From: an uncultured Lentisphaeraceae bacterium
Lineage (GTDB): Bacteria > Verrucomicrobiota > Kiritimatiellia > RFP12 > DVOR01
Direction of reading: 5' to 3'
Assembly (NCBI GenBank): GCA_964478335.1
Contig: CAYZIC010000003.1
Coordinates: forward strand, 1 to 63,331
Length of the DNA: 63,331 nucleotides
A program made the translations under genes and the position numbers. Position 1 is the first letter of the stretch. Each line of letters opens with the position of its first letter. The notes beneath the pieces are model-generated. The model worked only from the letters and a program-made list of their open reading frames with translations. It was not told the origin of the DNA and did no database searches. This document shows positions 9,091 to 18,850 of the stretch, piece after piece.

Positions 9091-10194
9091 TTAAATAAAA
9101 AATCGATCTATCCAATAGGGTAAGATTTGGACTTCGTACATGTTGCGGTCAAGCTGTGAGACGAATGCCTGGAGGAGGCTTGGATTTTCGAGGAGCTTGG
9201 CGAGGGGGTAACGTTTAGCGCGGGCGGTGAGCACTTCGCGATAGAGGGGGTAATAGAGAGGGATCACCTCATCAGTTTTGGCAGCCTTGATGCGGATGAG
9301 GTCTTGCATCCAGCGGCCAATGAGCTGAATGAGGTCTTCGCGCATGTCTTTGTACCGAGCAACAATGCGAGCTTTGAGGGCGGCATCGTCGATAATCACA
9401 GAGGCATTGGCTTTATTTTCTTGCTTGATCTCGACCTCGGCAGTCTTTTGAAAGGTTCCCAAGATCCCACAAAAGATCCCCGATAGGGCATTTGCTTGAA
9501 TCGGATTACCAGCAACCGATGGCTTGATATCATAGGCGGCGAGCGCATCGAGGGCTTTGGTGCGGTAAGGCTCAGCTAATTGTCGATCTCGACCGAGGTC
9601 GATGACTTGGCACCGTGAAATAATCGTGGGGAGCAAGTCCATGGTGGAATCAGCCAACAAGACAAAGAGGGTTTTTGCTGGGGGCTCTTCGAGTGTCTTG
9701 AGGAGGGCGTTGGCGGCAGTTTCATTCATGCGGTTAGCCCATGAGATCACCATGATTTTCCAAGAGCCACACATGGCCGATCGGATGGCTTGTGGGATAA
9801 TACGCTCGCGCATCATCTGGGCATCAATGGTGCGGCTGACCTTTTCGGGCTCATACCAGTGCATGTCGGCAAAGGCATGTGCAGAGACCTGTCTGCAAAA
9901 TGCACAAAGTCCGCAGGGGCGCTTGGTTGGGTCTGGATTTTCGCAAAGGAGCTGGTGACCGATCCATGTGGCCATGGGATAGCCACTCTCTTTAACGGCG
10001 CCGACAATCAAATAGGCTTGAGCGGTGCGGCCGTGGGTAAAGGCGTGGGCGAGATTGCTTTGAGCCATCTTAAATGCCGATTGATGAGCGATGGAGGTGG
10101 AAACGTGGGGGGATGAGTCTTCATTCTCGTCTTGATCAGCATCAAAAGGATCGAGCAGATCGTCTTCGAAATCAGAGTAGTCAGGTGGGACCAT
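9091..10194 (-). CDS. holB: DNA polymerase III delta-prime subunit-like AAA+ clamp-loader protein
   Basis: Contains ..[16 protein letters not shown].., the zinc-module-like C..C..C cluster ([10 protein letters not shown]), and ..[11 protein letters not shown].., with an acidic N-terminal extension. Confidence 0.75.
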   Translation of the reverse strand: MVPPDYSDFEDDLLDPFDADQDENEDSSPHVSTSIAHQSAFKMAQSNLAHAFTHGRTAQAYLIVGAVKESGYPMATWIGHQLLCENPDPTKRPCGLCAFCRQVSAHAFADMHWYEPEKVSRTIDAQMMRERIIPQAIRSAMCGSWKIMVISWANRMNETAANALLKTLEEPPAKTLFVLLADSTMDLLPTIISRCQVIDLGRDRQLAEPYRTKALDALAAYDIKPSVAGNPIQANALSGIFCGILGTFQKTAEVEIKQENKANASVIIDDAALKARIVARYKDMREDLIQLIGRWMQDLIRIKAAKTDEVIPLYYPLYREVLTARAKRYPLAKLLENPSLLQAFVSQLDRNMYEVQILPYWIDRFFI

Positions 10195-10943
10195 TAGCGA
10201 TGTACTCCTAGGAAACGATTGGTGTCAAAGAGCACGCCTGCCGAGAAGAGGGCACAAAAGCTCAATGATAGATAAAGGAATAGAGCAGGCAGGGAAACCA
10301 ATCCCCAGGCACAGTCGTAAACATGCACGTGAATAGGCGACCAAAACCACGCCCCTTGAAAAAGCGGAAACCAGCTCTGTAGGAGGATGCGCACGGCGAT
10401 GGGTAAGATGCCACAGAGGGAGATTACCCAAATCGTTACACCAGTGGTTGTCTTGGAAAAGAACGACGCCAGCATGGCAACCGAGCACCAGACGAGAGCT
10501 TGCAGAGAGAGCATCATCAGGGTTAACCCGACTCGAGTCCACTCGAGGGTAATCGTTTGGGCGGGGTAGACTTTAAGTACGAGATATTGTTGGAGCAGGC
10601 TAAAGAGCAAAAAGACGACACAGCAGCACCACAGGCTCAGCGTGCGCGCCACCACCCACGTCCGTGCGCGGATCGGAGTGGAATAGATCAGGGGCATCAT
10701 GCCGAGACTACGTTCATGTACGAAGCCTTGAGTAGCGAGAATTGCCGCATAAAAGATCGTCCACGGCGCAGTGGCCAATGCCCAAATCGATGCGAAAGTT
10801 TCCGTGCTACCCTCAAAGCGCCTAAGCAAGACGAGCTGCACCCACCCACTAATGGCGAGGAGCAAAACGAGCGGCAACTTGCCACGAGATGAACGAAAAG
10901 CCGCAATTAGATCGCGGCGAATCAAGATGTAGAGGATATTCAT
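10194..10943 (-). CDS. ABC-2-type transporter permease-like membrane protein
   Basis: 249 aa with about 6 predicted TM helices. It overlaps the upstream ABC ATPase gene by 4 nt. No specific family was recognised. Confidence 0.5.
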   Translation of the reverse strand: MNILYILIRRDLIAAFRSSRGKLPLVLLLAISGWVQLVLLRRFEGSTETFASIWALATAPWTIFYAAILATQGFVHERSLGMMPLIYSTPIRARTWVVARTLSLWCCCVVFLLFSLLQQYLVLKVYPAQTITLEWTRVGLTLMMLSLQALVWCSVAMLASFFSKTTTGVTIWVISLCGILPIAVRILLQSWFPLFQGAWFWSPIHVHVYDCAWGLVSLPALFLYLSLSFCALFSAGVLFDTNRFLGVHR

Positions 10944-11611
10944 ACTAGGTCAACCTCATGAATTTGATTGTTGTCGAGTTGAATCATGCGTGAGCAGCAG
11001 CGTTTAAGCTGCTCTCGGTCATGTCCACTAATCACGATGTGGGCGAATTCTGTAAGCGTCACAATGATCTGCTCCAGAGTGGCACAAAATGCAGGATCCA
11101 ATCCAGAGAAAGGGTCATCGAGTATCAAGACTGGGGGCAAGAGGAGGATGGCTTCAGCTAATGCCACTCGGCGCTGCAACCCATACGATAATTGCCCAAT
11201 CTGCGTCGACTCATAAGGCTCAAGTTGGCACCGCGCCACAGCCTCATGGACGCGACGACGGAGGCGGAGATAACGCTCCCCCTTGAGCTGGGCGCGATAG
11301 CGTAAGAATTCTTTAACCGTCATCTCTGGGTAGAGAGGGGTACCCTCACTCAAGTAGCCGACCTTGCGGCGGTAGCCGAGTCCCTCACTAGAGGCAAAGG
11401 TTCGCTTACGTGCGCCGCGCAGCTCGTAGGTCAAGCGCAATCCCCCCTCTTGCGGCACTAAGGCGGCAGCCATTAATGCGAGCAAGGTGCTCTTGCCTGA
11501 GCCATTCCTCCCCGTCACGCCTAGACATTCACCTTGGGCGATTTGCAGAGAGACTTTTGTCACACCGCAACCTGGGCAATAGAGATAGGTTACCTGATCG
11601 AGTGTCAGCAT
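10940..11611 (-). CDS. ABC transporter ATP-binding protein
   Basis: Walker A is GRNGSGKST, the signature-like motif is LSYGLQRR, and Walker B is ILDDPFSGLD. Confidence 0.85.
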   Translation of the reverse strand: MLTLDQVTYLYCPGCGVTKVSLQIAQGECLGVTGRNGSGKSTLLALMAAALVPQEGGLRLTYELRGARKRTFASSEGLGYRRKVGYLSEGTPLYPEMTVKEFLRYRAQLKGERYLRLRRRVHEAVARCQLEPYESTQIGQLSYGLQRRVALAEAILLLPPVLILDDPFSGLDPAFCATLEQIIVTLTEFAHIVISGHDREQLKRCCSRMIQLDNNQIHEVDLV

Positions 11612-11639
11612 GGCGAGGGGGTCCTTTCTGCAAGCTAGA

Positions 11640-12836
11640 TTAAAAGAGTTGATAGCCTTGAGCCTTCAGGGCCATGGTAATCTGCTCGATTTGCGTGAAG
11701 TCGCGCGTCTCCATCGTGATACGCAAGCGGCAACTATTGAGTGCAGTATCGACAGAGCTATGGTTGTATTGGACACCGACGACATTACCACCACATTGCG
11801 AAATAATCGCCGAAACGGCAGTCAATTGACCTGGCTTGTCTGGCAAGGCAATCGACAATTCACTGCGACGGCCAGAGGCAAGCAGACCGCGCGTAATGAC
11901 ACGGCTAAGGATATTGACATCAATATTGCCACCCGAGAGCAGACAGCACACCTTTTTACCCTTGACATGAGGGATCTTGTCAGAGAGCACCGCTGCGACA
12001 GAGACCGCACCTGCACCCTCGCAAACGAGTTTGCGCTTTTCCATCAAAAAGAGAATCGCAGCGGCAATTTCGTCTTCAGAAACCGTGACGATCGCATCGA
12101 CATACTGCTTGACCAATTGGTATGTCAGATCACCAGGGCGCTTGACGGCAATGCCATCAGCAAAGGTATTGACTCGATCGAGAGTAACCATCGTACCAGT
12201 AGAGAGTGATTGCTCCATTGATGGTGCAGCAGCAGCCTGCACGCCGTAGACTTGGCAATTGGGCTTAAGTTGCTTAATAGCATAGGCGACGCCACTGATC
12301 AAGCCACCACCACCGATTGGCACGATAACGACATCGACATCGGGCAACTGCTCGAGGATTTCCAACCCCACGGTGCCCTGCCCTGCGATCACATCAGGAT
12401 CATCAAAAGGATGCACAAAGGTCATGCCCTTTTCATCGCGCAATTTGCAAGCGTAGGCATAGGCGTCATCATAAGCACCTGGCACGAGGCAAACCTGTGC
12501 GCCGTAGCTTTTAGTTGCCTCAACCTTAGAGATAGGCGCAACGTCAGGCATACAAATGACCGCCTTAGAGCCGACATGCTGAGCCGCCAGAGCGACACCT
12601 TGAGCGTGATTGCCTGCACTACAAGCGATAATGCCACGATCGAGCTCTGCGGGGGTGAGGGTGCTAATTTTGTAGTAAGCGCCACGCACTTTAAAAGACC
12701 CCGTCACTTGGAGATTTTCAGTCTTGAGGTAAACTTCTGCATCCTTGCTCAATTTAGGAGCATGGATCATATCTGTCTTGCGAGCGACCTCTTTGAGGAC
12801 ATTGGCTGCATCACGAATGGTATCTAACGTAAACAT
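11640..12836 (-). CDS. ilvA: threonine ammonia-lyase (short form with one regulatory domain)
   Basis: PLP-lysine motif ..QVTGSFKVRGA.., Gly loop GGGGLISG, and a C-terminal ACT-like domain. Confidence 0.85.
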   Translation of the reverse strand: MFTLDTIRDAANVLKEVARKTDMIHAPKLSKDAEVYLKTENLQVTGSFKVRGAYYKISTLTPAELDRGIIACSAGNHAQGVALAAQHVGSKAVICMPDVAPISKVEATKSYGAQVCLVPGAYDDAYAYACKLRDEKGMTFVHPFDDPDVIAGQGTVGLEILEQLPDVDVVIVPIGGGGLISGVAYAIKQLKPNCQVYGVQAAAAPSMEQSLSTGTMVTLDRVNTFADGIAVKRPGDLTYQLVKQYVDAIVTVSEDEIAAAILFLMEKRKLVCEGAGAVSVAAVLSDKIPHVKGKKVCCLLSGGNIDVNILSRVITRGLLASGRRSELSIALPDKPGQLTAVSAIISQCGGNVVGVQYNHSSVDTALNSCRLRITMETRDFTQIEQITMALKAQGYQLF

Positions 12837-12866
12837 ATCTATTCCTTTAGCCAGAGAGTGGCCAGA

Positions 12867-13715
12867 TTAACGTGATGGCGAGACAGCCATCAGGTGTGCA
12901 ATTTCCGTAGCCCAAAGCGTCTCATCGGGCGTTTCAAGGATAAGCGGAATTGATTCAAATCGTTTTTGTGAGGCAATCGCCTCGAATACTGTCCAGCCGA
13001 TTTTACCTTGGCCCAATGGGGCATGGCGGTCGACATGCGACTCGTAATCGACCTTGGCATCATTGAGGTGCATACCAGCGAGCTTATCAGCACCGACCAA
13101 TTGGTCAAATCTCGCCATCATCGCATCGAGCCCATCCGCTTCTCTCAGGTCAAATCCCGCCGCAAAGGCATGGGCCGTGTCGAGGCAAAAGGCCACGCGG
13201 CTGGGGTCTTTGACTCCATCAAGGATTCGAGCTAGCTCTTCAAAAGTCGAGCCGAGATAGGCACCCTGTCCGGCAGTATTTTCAATCACGACGGTGACGC
13301 CTTGGGTATCACAGAGCGCTTGGCTGATGCTCTGAGCGACACGCAGACACGCAGCTTGTGGGGTAATCTTTTTGAGATGGCTACCAGGGTGTAGGTTGAG
13401 TAAAGGGAGCCCCAAGCGCTCACAGCGCTGGAGCTCATCCATAAAGGAGAGCATGCTTTTAGCGTGGGCTTCGTCATCAGGATTAGCTAGATTGATCAAA
13501 TAGCCAGCGTGGGGCAAGACTGCCTCTGGCGGGATTTGGCTACGAGCGAGAGCCTCTTTAAAGGCATCGACATCGGCATCCTCCATGGGCTTACCTACCC
13601 ATTGACGCTGATTTTTGACGAATAAAGCAAATGCCGTCGCCCCAATAGCCGTCGCATTGGCGGGGGCATTTTGCACGCCACCGGCAGCCGAGACATGTGC
13701 GCCAATTTTAAACAT
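12867..13715 (-). CDS. nfo: deoxyribonuclease IV (endonuclease IV)
   Basis: 282 aa, MFKIGAHVS.AGG.., ..HAGYLINLA.., ..LNLHPGS.., ..CLDTAHAFAAG.., ..LETP: the AP endonuclease family 2 pattern. Confidence 0.9.
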   Translation of the reverse strand: MFKIGAHVSAAGGVQNAPANATAIGATAFALFVKNQRQWVGKPMEDADVDAFKEALARSQIPPEAVLPHAGYLINLANPDDEAHAKSMLSFMDELQRCERLGLPLLNLHPGSHLKKITPQAACLRVAQSISQALCDTQGVTVVIENTAGQGAYLGSTFEELARILDGVKDPSRVAFCLDTAHAFAAGFDLREADGLDAMMARFDQLVGADKLAGMHLNDAKVDYESHVDRHAPLGQGKIGWTVFEAIASQKRFESIPLILETPDETLWATEIAHLMAVSPSR

Positions 13716-13748
13716 GGTTCTCTCCTCATCCGTCCGCAGTTATGCGAA

Positions 13749-15068
13749 CTATTTTTTGGTAGTCTTGCGCTTGGTGGGCTTTTTAACTGGCGAAGCCTGC
13801 TTGAGCATCTCAATGATCGCCCCTGGTGTGGCCAACTGAGCTTGGACCATTTCGCGGGTGATCATGACATCGATCTCTCCCTTAGCCTCACTGGGGACCT
13901 CATACATGACATCCGTCATCACTTGCTCCATGATGGCGCGCAAACCACGAGCACCGGTCTTACGGGCAATGGCTTGGCTAGCGATTTCGTCGAGGGCATC
14001 GGTAGTAAAGCTCAAGTTCGCCCCGCTCATCTTTAAGAGCTTGCGATATTGATTGACGATGCAATTTTTGGGTTCAGTCAAAATGCGCACGAGGTCGGCT
14101 TGGGTCAATTCCTCCATCTTAGCAATGACTGGAATACGCCCAACCAATTCGGGGATCAAACCAAACTTCACCAAATCATCAGGCTGCACCGTTGACAAAA
14201 GCTTGTTGGTGGCATCGCGTTCTTTTTCCTCACTATCGATAAAGCCGATAGAGGCTTTACCGAGGCGATTTTTGATCACGTCGTCGATACCGACAAAAGC
14301 GCCCCCGCAGATAAAGAGGATATTGCTGGTGTCGATGGTGATGTAGTCGGCATTGGGGTGCTTGCGGCCACCCTTTTCGGGTACTTTGCAAGAGGTCCCC
14401 TCGATAATTTTAAGCAAAGCTTGTTGGACACCCTCACCTGAGACGTCACGGGTGATGGAGGTATTCTCTGATTTGCGAGAGATCTTATCGATTTCATCAA
14501 TGTAAATAATGCCACGCTCAGCCTTTTTGACATCCATATCAGCAGCTTGCAAGAGGTAGAGCAAGATATTCTCGACATCCTCACCCACGTAGCCAGCCTC
14601 GGTCACAGTCGTGGCATCGGCAATGGCAAAGGGTACATTGAGCATCTTAGCCAAGGTCTTAGCAAAGAGCGTCTTACCACACCCCGTAGGACCGAGGAGC
14701 AGGACGTTGCTTTTCTCAATCTGAACATCGACAAACTCAGGATCGGCCTCTTGTTGGAGTCGACGATAATGGTTATACACGGCTACAGCGAGGACTTTTT
14801 TGGTCGAATCATGGCCGATGATATACTCATCCAAAAAGGCCTTAATTCCCATCGGCACCGGGACTTTGCCCAAAGCAGGAGTATCTTTGGATGGTGCTAC
14901 TGCCTTGGGGGCACTTTCCCCAAAGGTATCAATGATTGCATTGAGACAATTTTCGCAGATTGGCACATCGGTAATCGGGCTACGAATAAATCCATCATAG
15001 ATCGGCTGTCCACAAAATGCACACGCTTCTTTGAGGGCGTTGGGATCACGCGTCGAATGCTTGGCCAT
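13749..15068 (-). CDS. clpX: ATP-dependent Clp protease ATP-binding subunit ClpX
   Basis: N-terminal zinc ribbon C.FCG..C..C, Walker [18 protein letters not shown], and a position downstream of clpP. Confidence 0.95.
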   Translation of the reverse strand: MAKHSTRDPNALKEACAFCGQPIYDGFIRSPITDVPICENCLNAIIDTFGESAPKAVAPSKDTPALGKVPVPMGIKAFLDEYIIGHDSTKKVLAVAVYNHYRRLQQEADPEFVDVQIEKSNVLLLGPTGCGKTLFAKTLAKMLNVPFAIADATTVTEAGYVGEDVENILLYLLQAADMDVKKAERGIIYIDEIDKISRKSENTSITRDVSGEGVQQALLKIIEGTSCKVPEKGGRKHPNADYITIDTSNILFICGGAFVGIDDVIKNRLGKASIGFIDSEEKERDATNKLLSTVQPDDLVKFGLIPELVGRIPVIAKMEELTQADLVRILTEPKNCIVNQYRKLLKMSGANLSFTTDALDEIASQAIARKTGARGLRAIMEQVMTDVMYEVPSEAKGEIDVMITREMVQAQLATPGAIIEMLKQASPVKKPTKRKTTKK

Positions 15069-15670
15069 TACTTGATGTCCTTTTTAGTGACGACGTGGTC
15101 AACCAAGCCGTAAGTCTGGGCCTCTTCAGCCGACATAAAGTTGTCACGATCGGTATCAACGATCATCTTGTCCATCGGTTGACCAGTGTGGTCACACAAA
15201 ATACCATTGAGAATATCACGTATGCGTTGGATTTCAGCAGCTTGGATCTGGATATCTGCACACTGTCCCTCGGCTCCGCCCAAAGGCTGGTGAATCATGA
15301 TACGGGCATTAGGCAAGGCAAAGCGCTTACCTTGAGCACCAGCAGCCAACAAGACTGCGCCCATGCTGGCAGCTTGCCCAACGCAATAGGTAGCCACATC
15401 ACACGAAATAAATTGCATCGTGTCGTAGATCGCCAAACCTGCAGTCACGGAGCCACCCGGTGAATTGATATAGAGCGAGATGTCCTTTTTAGGGTCTTGA
15501 GATTGCAAAAAGAGCAACTGCGCGACCAGCGTATTGGCCACAGTATCATCGATTGCAGAGCCCAAGAAGATCACACGATCAAGCAATAGACGAGAATAGA
15601 TGTCATACGAGCGCTCACCTCGGCTCGTCTGCTCAATCACATAGGGGATAAGGGTGTTTTCGGGATTCAT
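15068..15670 (-). CDS. clpP: ATP-dependent Clp protease proteolytic subunit
   Basis: ORF 15068..15694 trimmed to the ATG at 15670, which has an AGGA RBS 8 nt upstream. Contains ..[11 protein letters not shown].., the active Ser in GQAASMGA, and IMIHQPLGG. Confidence 0.95.
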   Translation of the reverse strand: MNPENTLIPYVIEQTSRGERSYDIYSRLLLDRVIFLGSAIDDTVANTLVAQLLFLQSQDPKKDISLYINSPGGSVTAGLAIYDTMQFISCDVATYCVGQAASMGAVLLAAGAQGKRFALPNARIMIHQPLGGAEGQCADIQIQAAEIQRIRDILNGILCDHTGQPMDKMIVDTDRDNFMSAEEAQTYGLVDHVVTKKDIK

Positions 15671-15776
15671 GGAGATTCCTAATCTTTGTGTCAAGGTTAA
15701 TTAAATGGACAAAGGAACCGAACAGATTGTGGATCAACCGTTCGGTTCCTTAAATCTAAGCCAAAACGGCGCCAGC

Positions 15777-17054
15777 TTACTTAGCCAATTCTTCGATCAA
15801 TTGATTCATGACCTTAGCCGTCACCTGCTCAGTCATGAAATCATCCAAACGGTTATTCTTGATGAGCAATTGGATGACTTCGTTGACCTTCTTATTCGCA
15901 GAAGCAGCGATACGCTCAAATGCGCCATCCATCTCTTCCTTGGTCAAGGAGATCTTGCGATCCTTAGCGATCTTTTCTGCGATGTAGCGCAAACGGACGT
16001 TGCGTTCGCCATTCTTAGTAGCGACTTCGCGCAATTCGTCTTGGTGGGCGGTAATTTCTTCCTTAGAGATACCTTGAGCGCGTGACAAGATGGCGCGGAC
16101 TTCGTCCTCGACAGCAAGCTGGATAACCGATTCGGGGCATTCAAAAGGAGCAGCATCGACGAGCGCTTGGACCAATTCGCCTTCCACGCGAGTCTTTTCT
16201 GCAGCAGCAGCTTCGCTCTCCATAGCATCCTTGACAGCCGCCTTGACTGCATCGATATCAGCCAAACCAAAGCGCTGAGCGATCATTTCGTCATTGGCAG
16301 GGACTTGCTTACGGAAGCTCTTGACCGTGATGTCGTAGGCGACCTTTTTGCCGGCCAAATCAGCGAGGGTGAAATCTGCGGGATATTCAGCAGTGAAGCT
16401 CACTTGAGCACCGACAGTCTTACCGACGAGCTGATCCTTCAAACCAGGGATGTAGCTATCGTTGGCCATTTGTGCCCAGTATTCATCATCCTTAACCCAG
16501 TGCTTAGCCTTTGCATCGACGGTTTCAGGATCAATATCGGAGCTCACGCTCAAAGCGATCAAGCTTTGCTCATTGATGGCATCTGCCTCGGTGCCATCCT
16601 CAAAGCTCGCCATCATACCGCGGAATTGATCAATGCGTTCGCCGATTTGATCTTCGGTCACTTGAGGGTTAGCCTTGGCAATGGAGATCTTGGAGAGGTC
16701 AATTTCAGGCACGGTAGGATTGGTGTCGATGACGAGGGAGAATGTAGCCCCAGTAGACTCATCAGCCTTAAAATCCACAACGTCGATCAAGTTGCAGTAG
16801 CTGATCTTGGTGTCGTCAATGATGGTCTTAAGCAAATCGCGGATGATGCGCTGCTCGGTTTCGCGAGCAATTTCGGCGCTATAGAGACGAGCGACCTTGT
16901 CCCAAGGTGCTTTACCAGGACGGAAACCAGGGATCTTTGCTTCGTTTGTAAAAGCTTGCTTAACACCTTGGAGAGTCTTTTTAACATCTGCAGCATCCGC
17001 TTCAACGGCAACAGTTACGCGGCACTTACCCATATCTTTGACTTCGGTCTTCAT
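15777..17054 (-). CDS. tig: trigger factor
   Basis: 425 aa with the ribosome-binding signature IPGFRPGKAP, in tig-clpP-clpX order. Confidence 0.9.
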   Translation of the reverse strand: MKTEVKDMGKCRVTVAVEADAADVKKTLQGVKQAFTNEAKIPGFRPGKAPWDKVARLYSAEIARETEQRIIRDLLKTIIDDTKISYCNLIDVVDFKADESTGATFSLVIDTNPTVPEIDLSKISIAKANPQVTEDQIGERIDQFRGMMASFEDGTEADAINEQSLIALSVSSDIDPETVDAKAKHWVKDDEYWAQMANDSYIPGLKDQLVGKTVGAQVSFTAEYPADFTLADLAGKKVAYDITVKSFRKQVPANDEMIAQRFGLADIDAVKAAVKDAMESEAAAAEKTRVEGELVQALVDAAPFECPESVIQLAVEDEVRAILSRAQGISKEEITAHQDELREVATKNGERNVRLRYIAEKIAKDRKISLTKEEMDGAFERIAASANKKVNEVIQLLIKNNRLDDFMTEQVTAKVMNQLIEELAK

Positions 17055-17270
17055 TTCGTTTGTATCCTTCTAATATAGAATTACGTGTTTATAAAGGGGT
17101 TCTTTTGGGCACAATTAGCCCATAAAATGCGATTACTTTACCACAAAAGGCCGATTTCTGCAAGGAGATAATCGACAAAAAGCCACAAAATCTACCCCAT
17201 CGCCCTATTTTAACGAGCAAGTAAGCTCGCCAAGAGCGAGAGATCCGAGAGCTCCTTTGCAGATATCTCC

Positions 17271-18194
17271 CTACGCCTGATGGACAACCAATTGTTGAAA
17301 GGGTATCTCGATCCCTTCGCGCTCCAAGATCTCCATGCCCGCCTTATTCATATCAAAGGTCGCAGTCCAGTAGTCGGCATTGTTTACCCAAAAACGCACA
17401 GTAATGTCGATCGACGACGCACTCAGCGCAACAACCTCTGTTGTAATCTCTTCGCCTTTGAGCACATACTCTTTAGTTGCGACAAGATCACGCAATAACG
17501 CTATGGCCTTGGAGATATCGGTGCCATAGGCTACGTTAAAGACAAAGTCCACTCGACGCGTTGGCAGTGCTGAGTAATTGGTGATCACCGACCCCCAAAC
17601 AGACTTATTGGGCACAATGACGAGCTTATTGTCTGCGGTATTCATCGTCGTGGCCATCATATTGAGCTCGCGAATCTTGCCTGATACGCCACCAATATTC
17701 ACAAAATCACCCACATTAAAGGGCTGATTAATCGCAATCATGAGCCCAGAGGCGATATTACTCAGCGAATCCTGACAAGCAAAACCGACAATAATACCTG
17801 TCACCCCTAAACCTGCAATGAAAGGCGCAATCGAAATCCCAAGCTGCGACAAAACGATGATCCACAACACCCCATACAACAGCTTGCGGCAAGTCGACAA
17901 GATCAACGTCTTGAGCAATGTGTGGATGTACTTCGAATTACTCACCCCCTTATTAACGGCCATCAATGCAAAGAAGATCACAACGCGCCCCATCAGATAA
18001 ATGAGGATGGCCAAAATCACGTGATTGAGGAAATCGACCCCGTGACTATTGATCCACGTATGCACCAAATACATGTGGGGAGAAAAGAACTGCACCAAAA
18101 GCGATCCCAAAGAGGGGGTTGCGGTCGTACAAGCCTGCTCCGCAGCTGGCACTGCGGCAGGAGCTGCGGCAAACAGTATGGTTAATACGCTCAT
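17271..18194 (-). CDS. mechanosensitive ion channel (MscS family)
   Basis: TM helices are followed by the MscS beta-domain ..PFNVGDFVNIGGVSGKIRELNMMATTM....VIVPN. Confidence 0.8.
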   Translation of the reverse strand: MSVLTILFAAAPAAVPAAEQACTTATPSLGSLLVQFFSPHMYLVHTWINSHGVDFLNHVILAILIYLMGRVVIFFALMAVNKGVSNSKYIHTLLKTLILSTCRKLLYGVLWIIVLSQLGISIAPFIAGLGVTGIIVGFACQDSLSNIASGLMIAINQPFNVGDFVNIGGVSGKIRELNMMATTMNTADNKLVIVPNKSVWGSVITNYSALPTRRVDFVFNVAYGTDISKAIALLRDLVATKEYVLKGEEITTEVVALSASSIDITVRFWVNNADYWTATFDMNKAGMEILEREGIEIPFQQLVVHQA

Positions 18195-18532
18195 AACAAT
18201 GGTCCTTTAAAAATAAGATAAAAATGCTTCTAAATCAATATTCTAAATAATAACACAGTCGTGGCTCTCTTGTCAAAAGAAATATGGCTCTTGTGCGATT
18301 TTAATGGGTGAAATGGGGCTCTTGTGGCTTTGTCGAGTCGTGCGGGATCTTTTCTAGGGGTAGCGTAGGTCAGCCAGGGGTAGCGTAGGGGGCGCTTTTT
18401 CTCCCACAAAAGGTTCACAAAGGGGATCGCTTAGATAAAACTCGCAAGCCCATTTTAATCTAAGCGCTCCCTAGTTATCTTTGGGAAATGGATGGGGCTG
18501 CAGTCCCATACCCCACTTGCGGCCTGCGGCGG

Positions 18533-18569
18533 AGCGGCTACGCCGCTGGCATGTAGAATGTAGAATGTA
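18533..18569 (-). repeat. hairpin plus (GAATGTA)n heptamer element, intergenic copy
   Basis: AGCGGC-TAC-GCCGCT hairpin followed by GCATGTA GAATGTA GAATGTA. The same architecture occurs inside gluQ and the S8 protease gene. Confidence 0.8.
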
Positions 18570-18602
18570 CCAGTGTTAGCGACTGGCTCGTTGCAGGGCA
18601 TA

Positions 18603-18795
18603 GCGACTGCGTCGCTAGATTTTGGGAATTGGGATATGGGATTTAGTCTCTGATAGCGGCCTATGGCCTTAGAGCGCTCCCGCGGGTCGCTTGTGGAGAG
18701 TCCCCAACACCTAAACTCTAAACCCTACACTCCCGTAGAGATGACCTTGGTCCTCGCTACGGGAGCCGCGATACTCCTGCCTTTTATCCTTCCGC
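18603..18795 (+). repeat. conserved module B, copy 1 (candidate structured RNA or MITE cargo)
   Basis: Aligns along its length with 33182..33367. It contains GGGATTT-type microrepeats, CGGCC-TAT-GGCC and TCGC...GCGA hairpins, and TCCCGTAGAGATGACCTTGG. Confidence 0.7.
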
Positions 18796-18850
18796 CCCAT
18801 TAAAATCGCACAAGAGCCCTAAAAGTCCGCAGGAGTGCTTCGGGTGAGCG

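Larger units (their letters stand above)
18286..18818. mobile_element. MITE-like composite element (533 bp) with perfect 23-bp terminal inverted repeats
   Basis: 18286..18308 reads GGCTCTTGTGCGATTTTAATGGG. 18796..18818 reads CCCATTAAAATCGCACAAGAGCC, its exact reverse complement. The interior has an inverted copy of the 7537/32628 module, a heptamer/hairpin element and module B. No credible ORF. Confidence 0.75.

Noticed and set aside
16167-17078. Long antisense ORFs in the track: 16167..17078 opposite tig, 11610..12209 and 12252..12827 opposite ilvA, 40154..40957 opposite thiC, 36760..37440 and 37513..38166 opposite the protease, 26914..27666 over pdxB, 14547..15113 opposite clpX
   Set aside because: Each lies entirely within a strongly supported gene on the other strand or frame. 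Their composition is low-complexity or biased and they have no recognisable motifs. They are treated as shadow ORFs.
18700-18745. Telomere-like TAAACCCTA / CTAAAC strings inside module B
   Set aside because: There are only one or two units, embedded in a bacterial dispersed repeat. This is a coincidental resemblance to eukaryotic telomere repeats.
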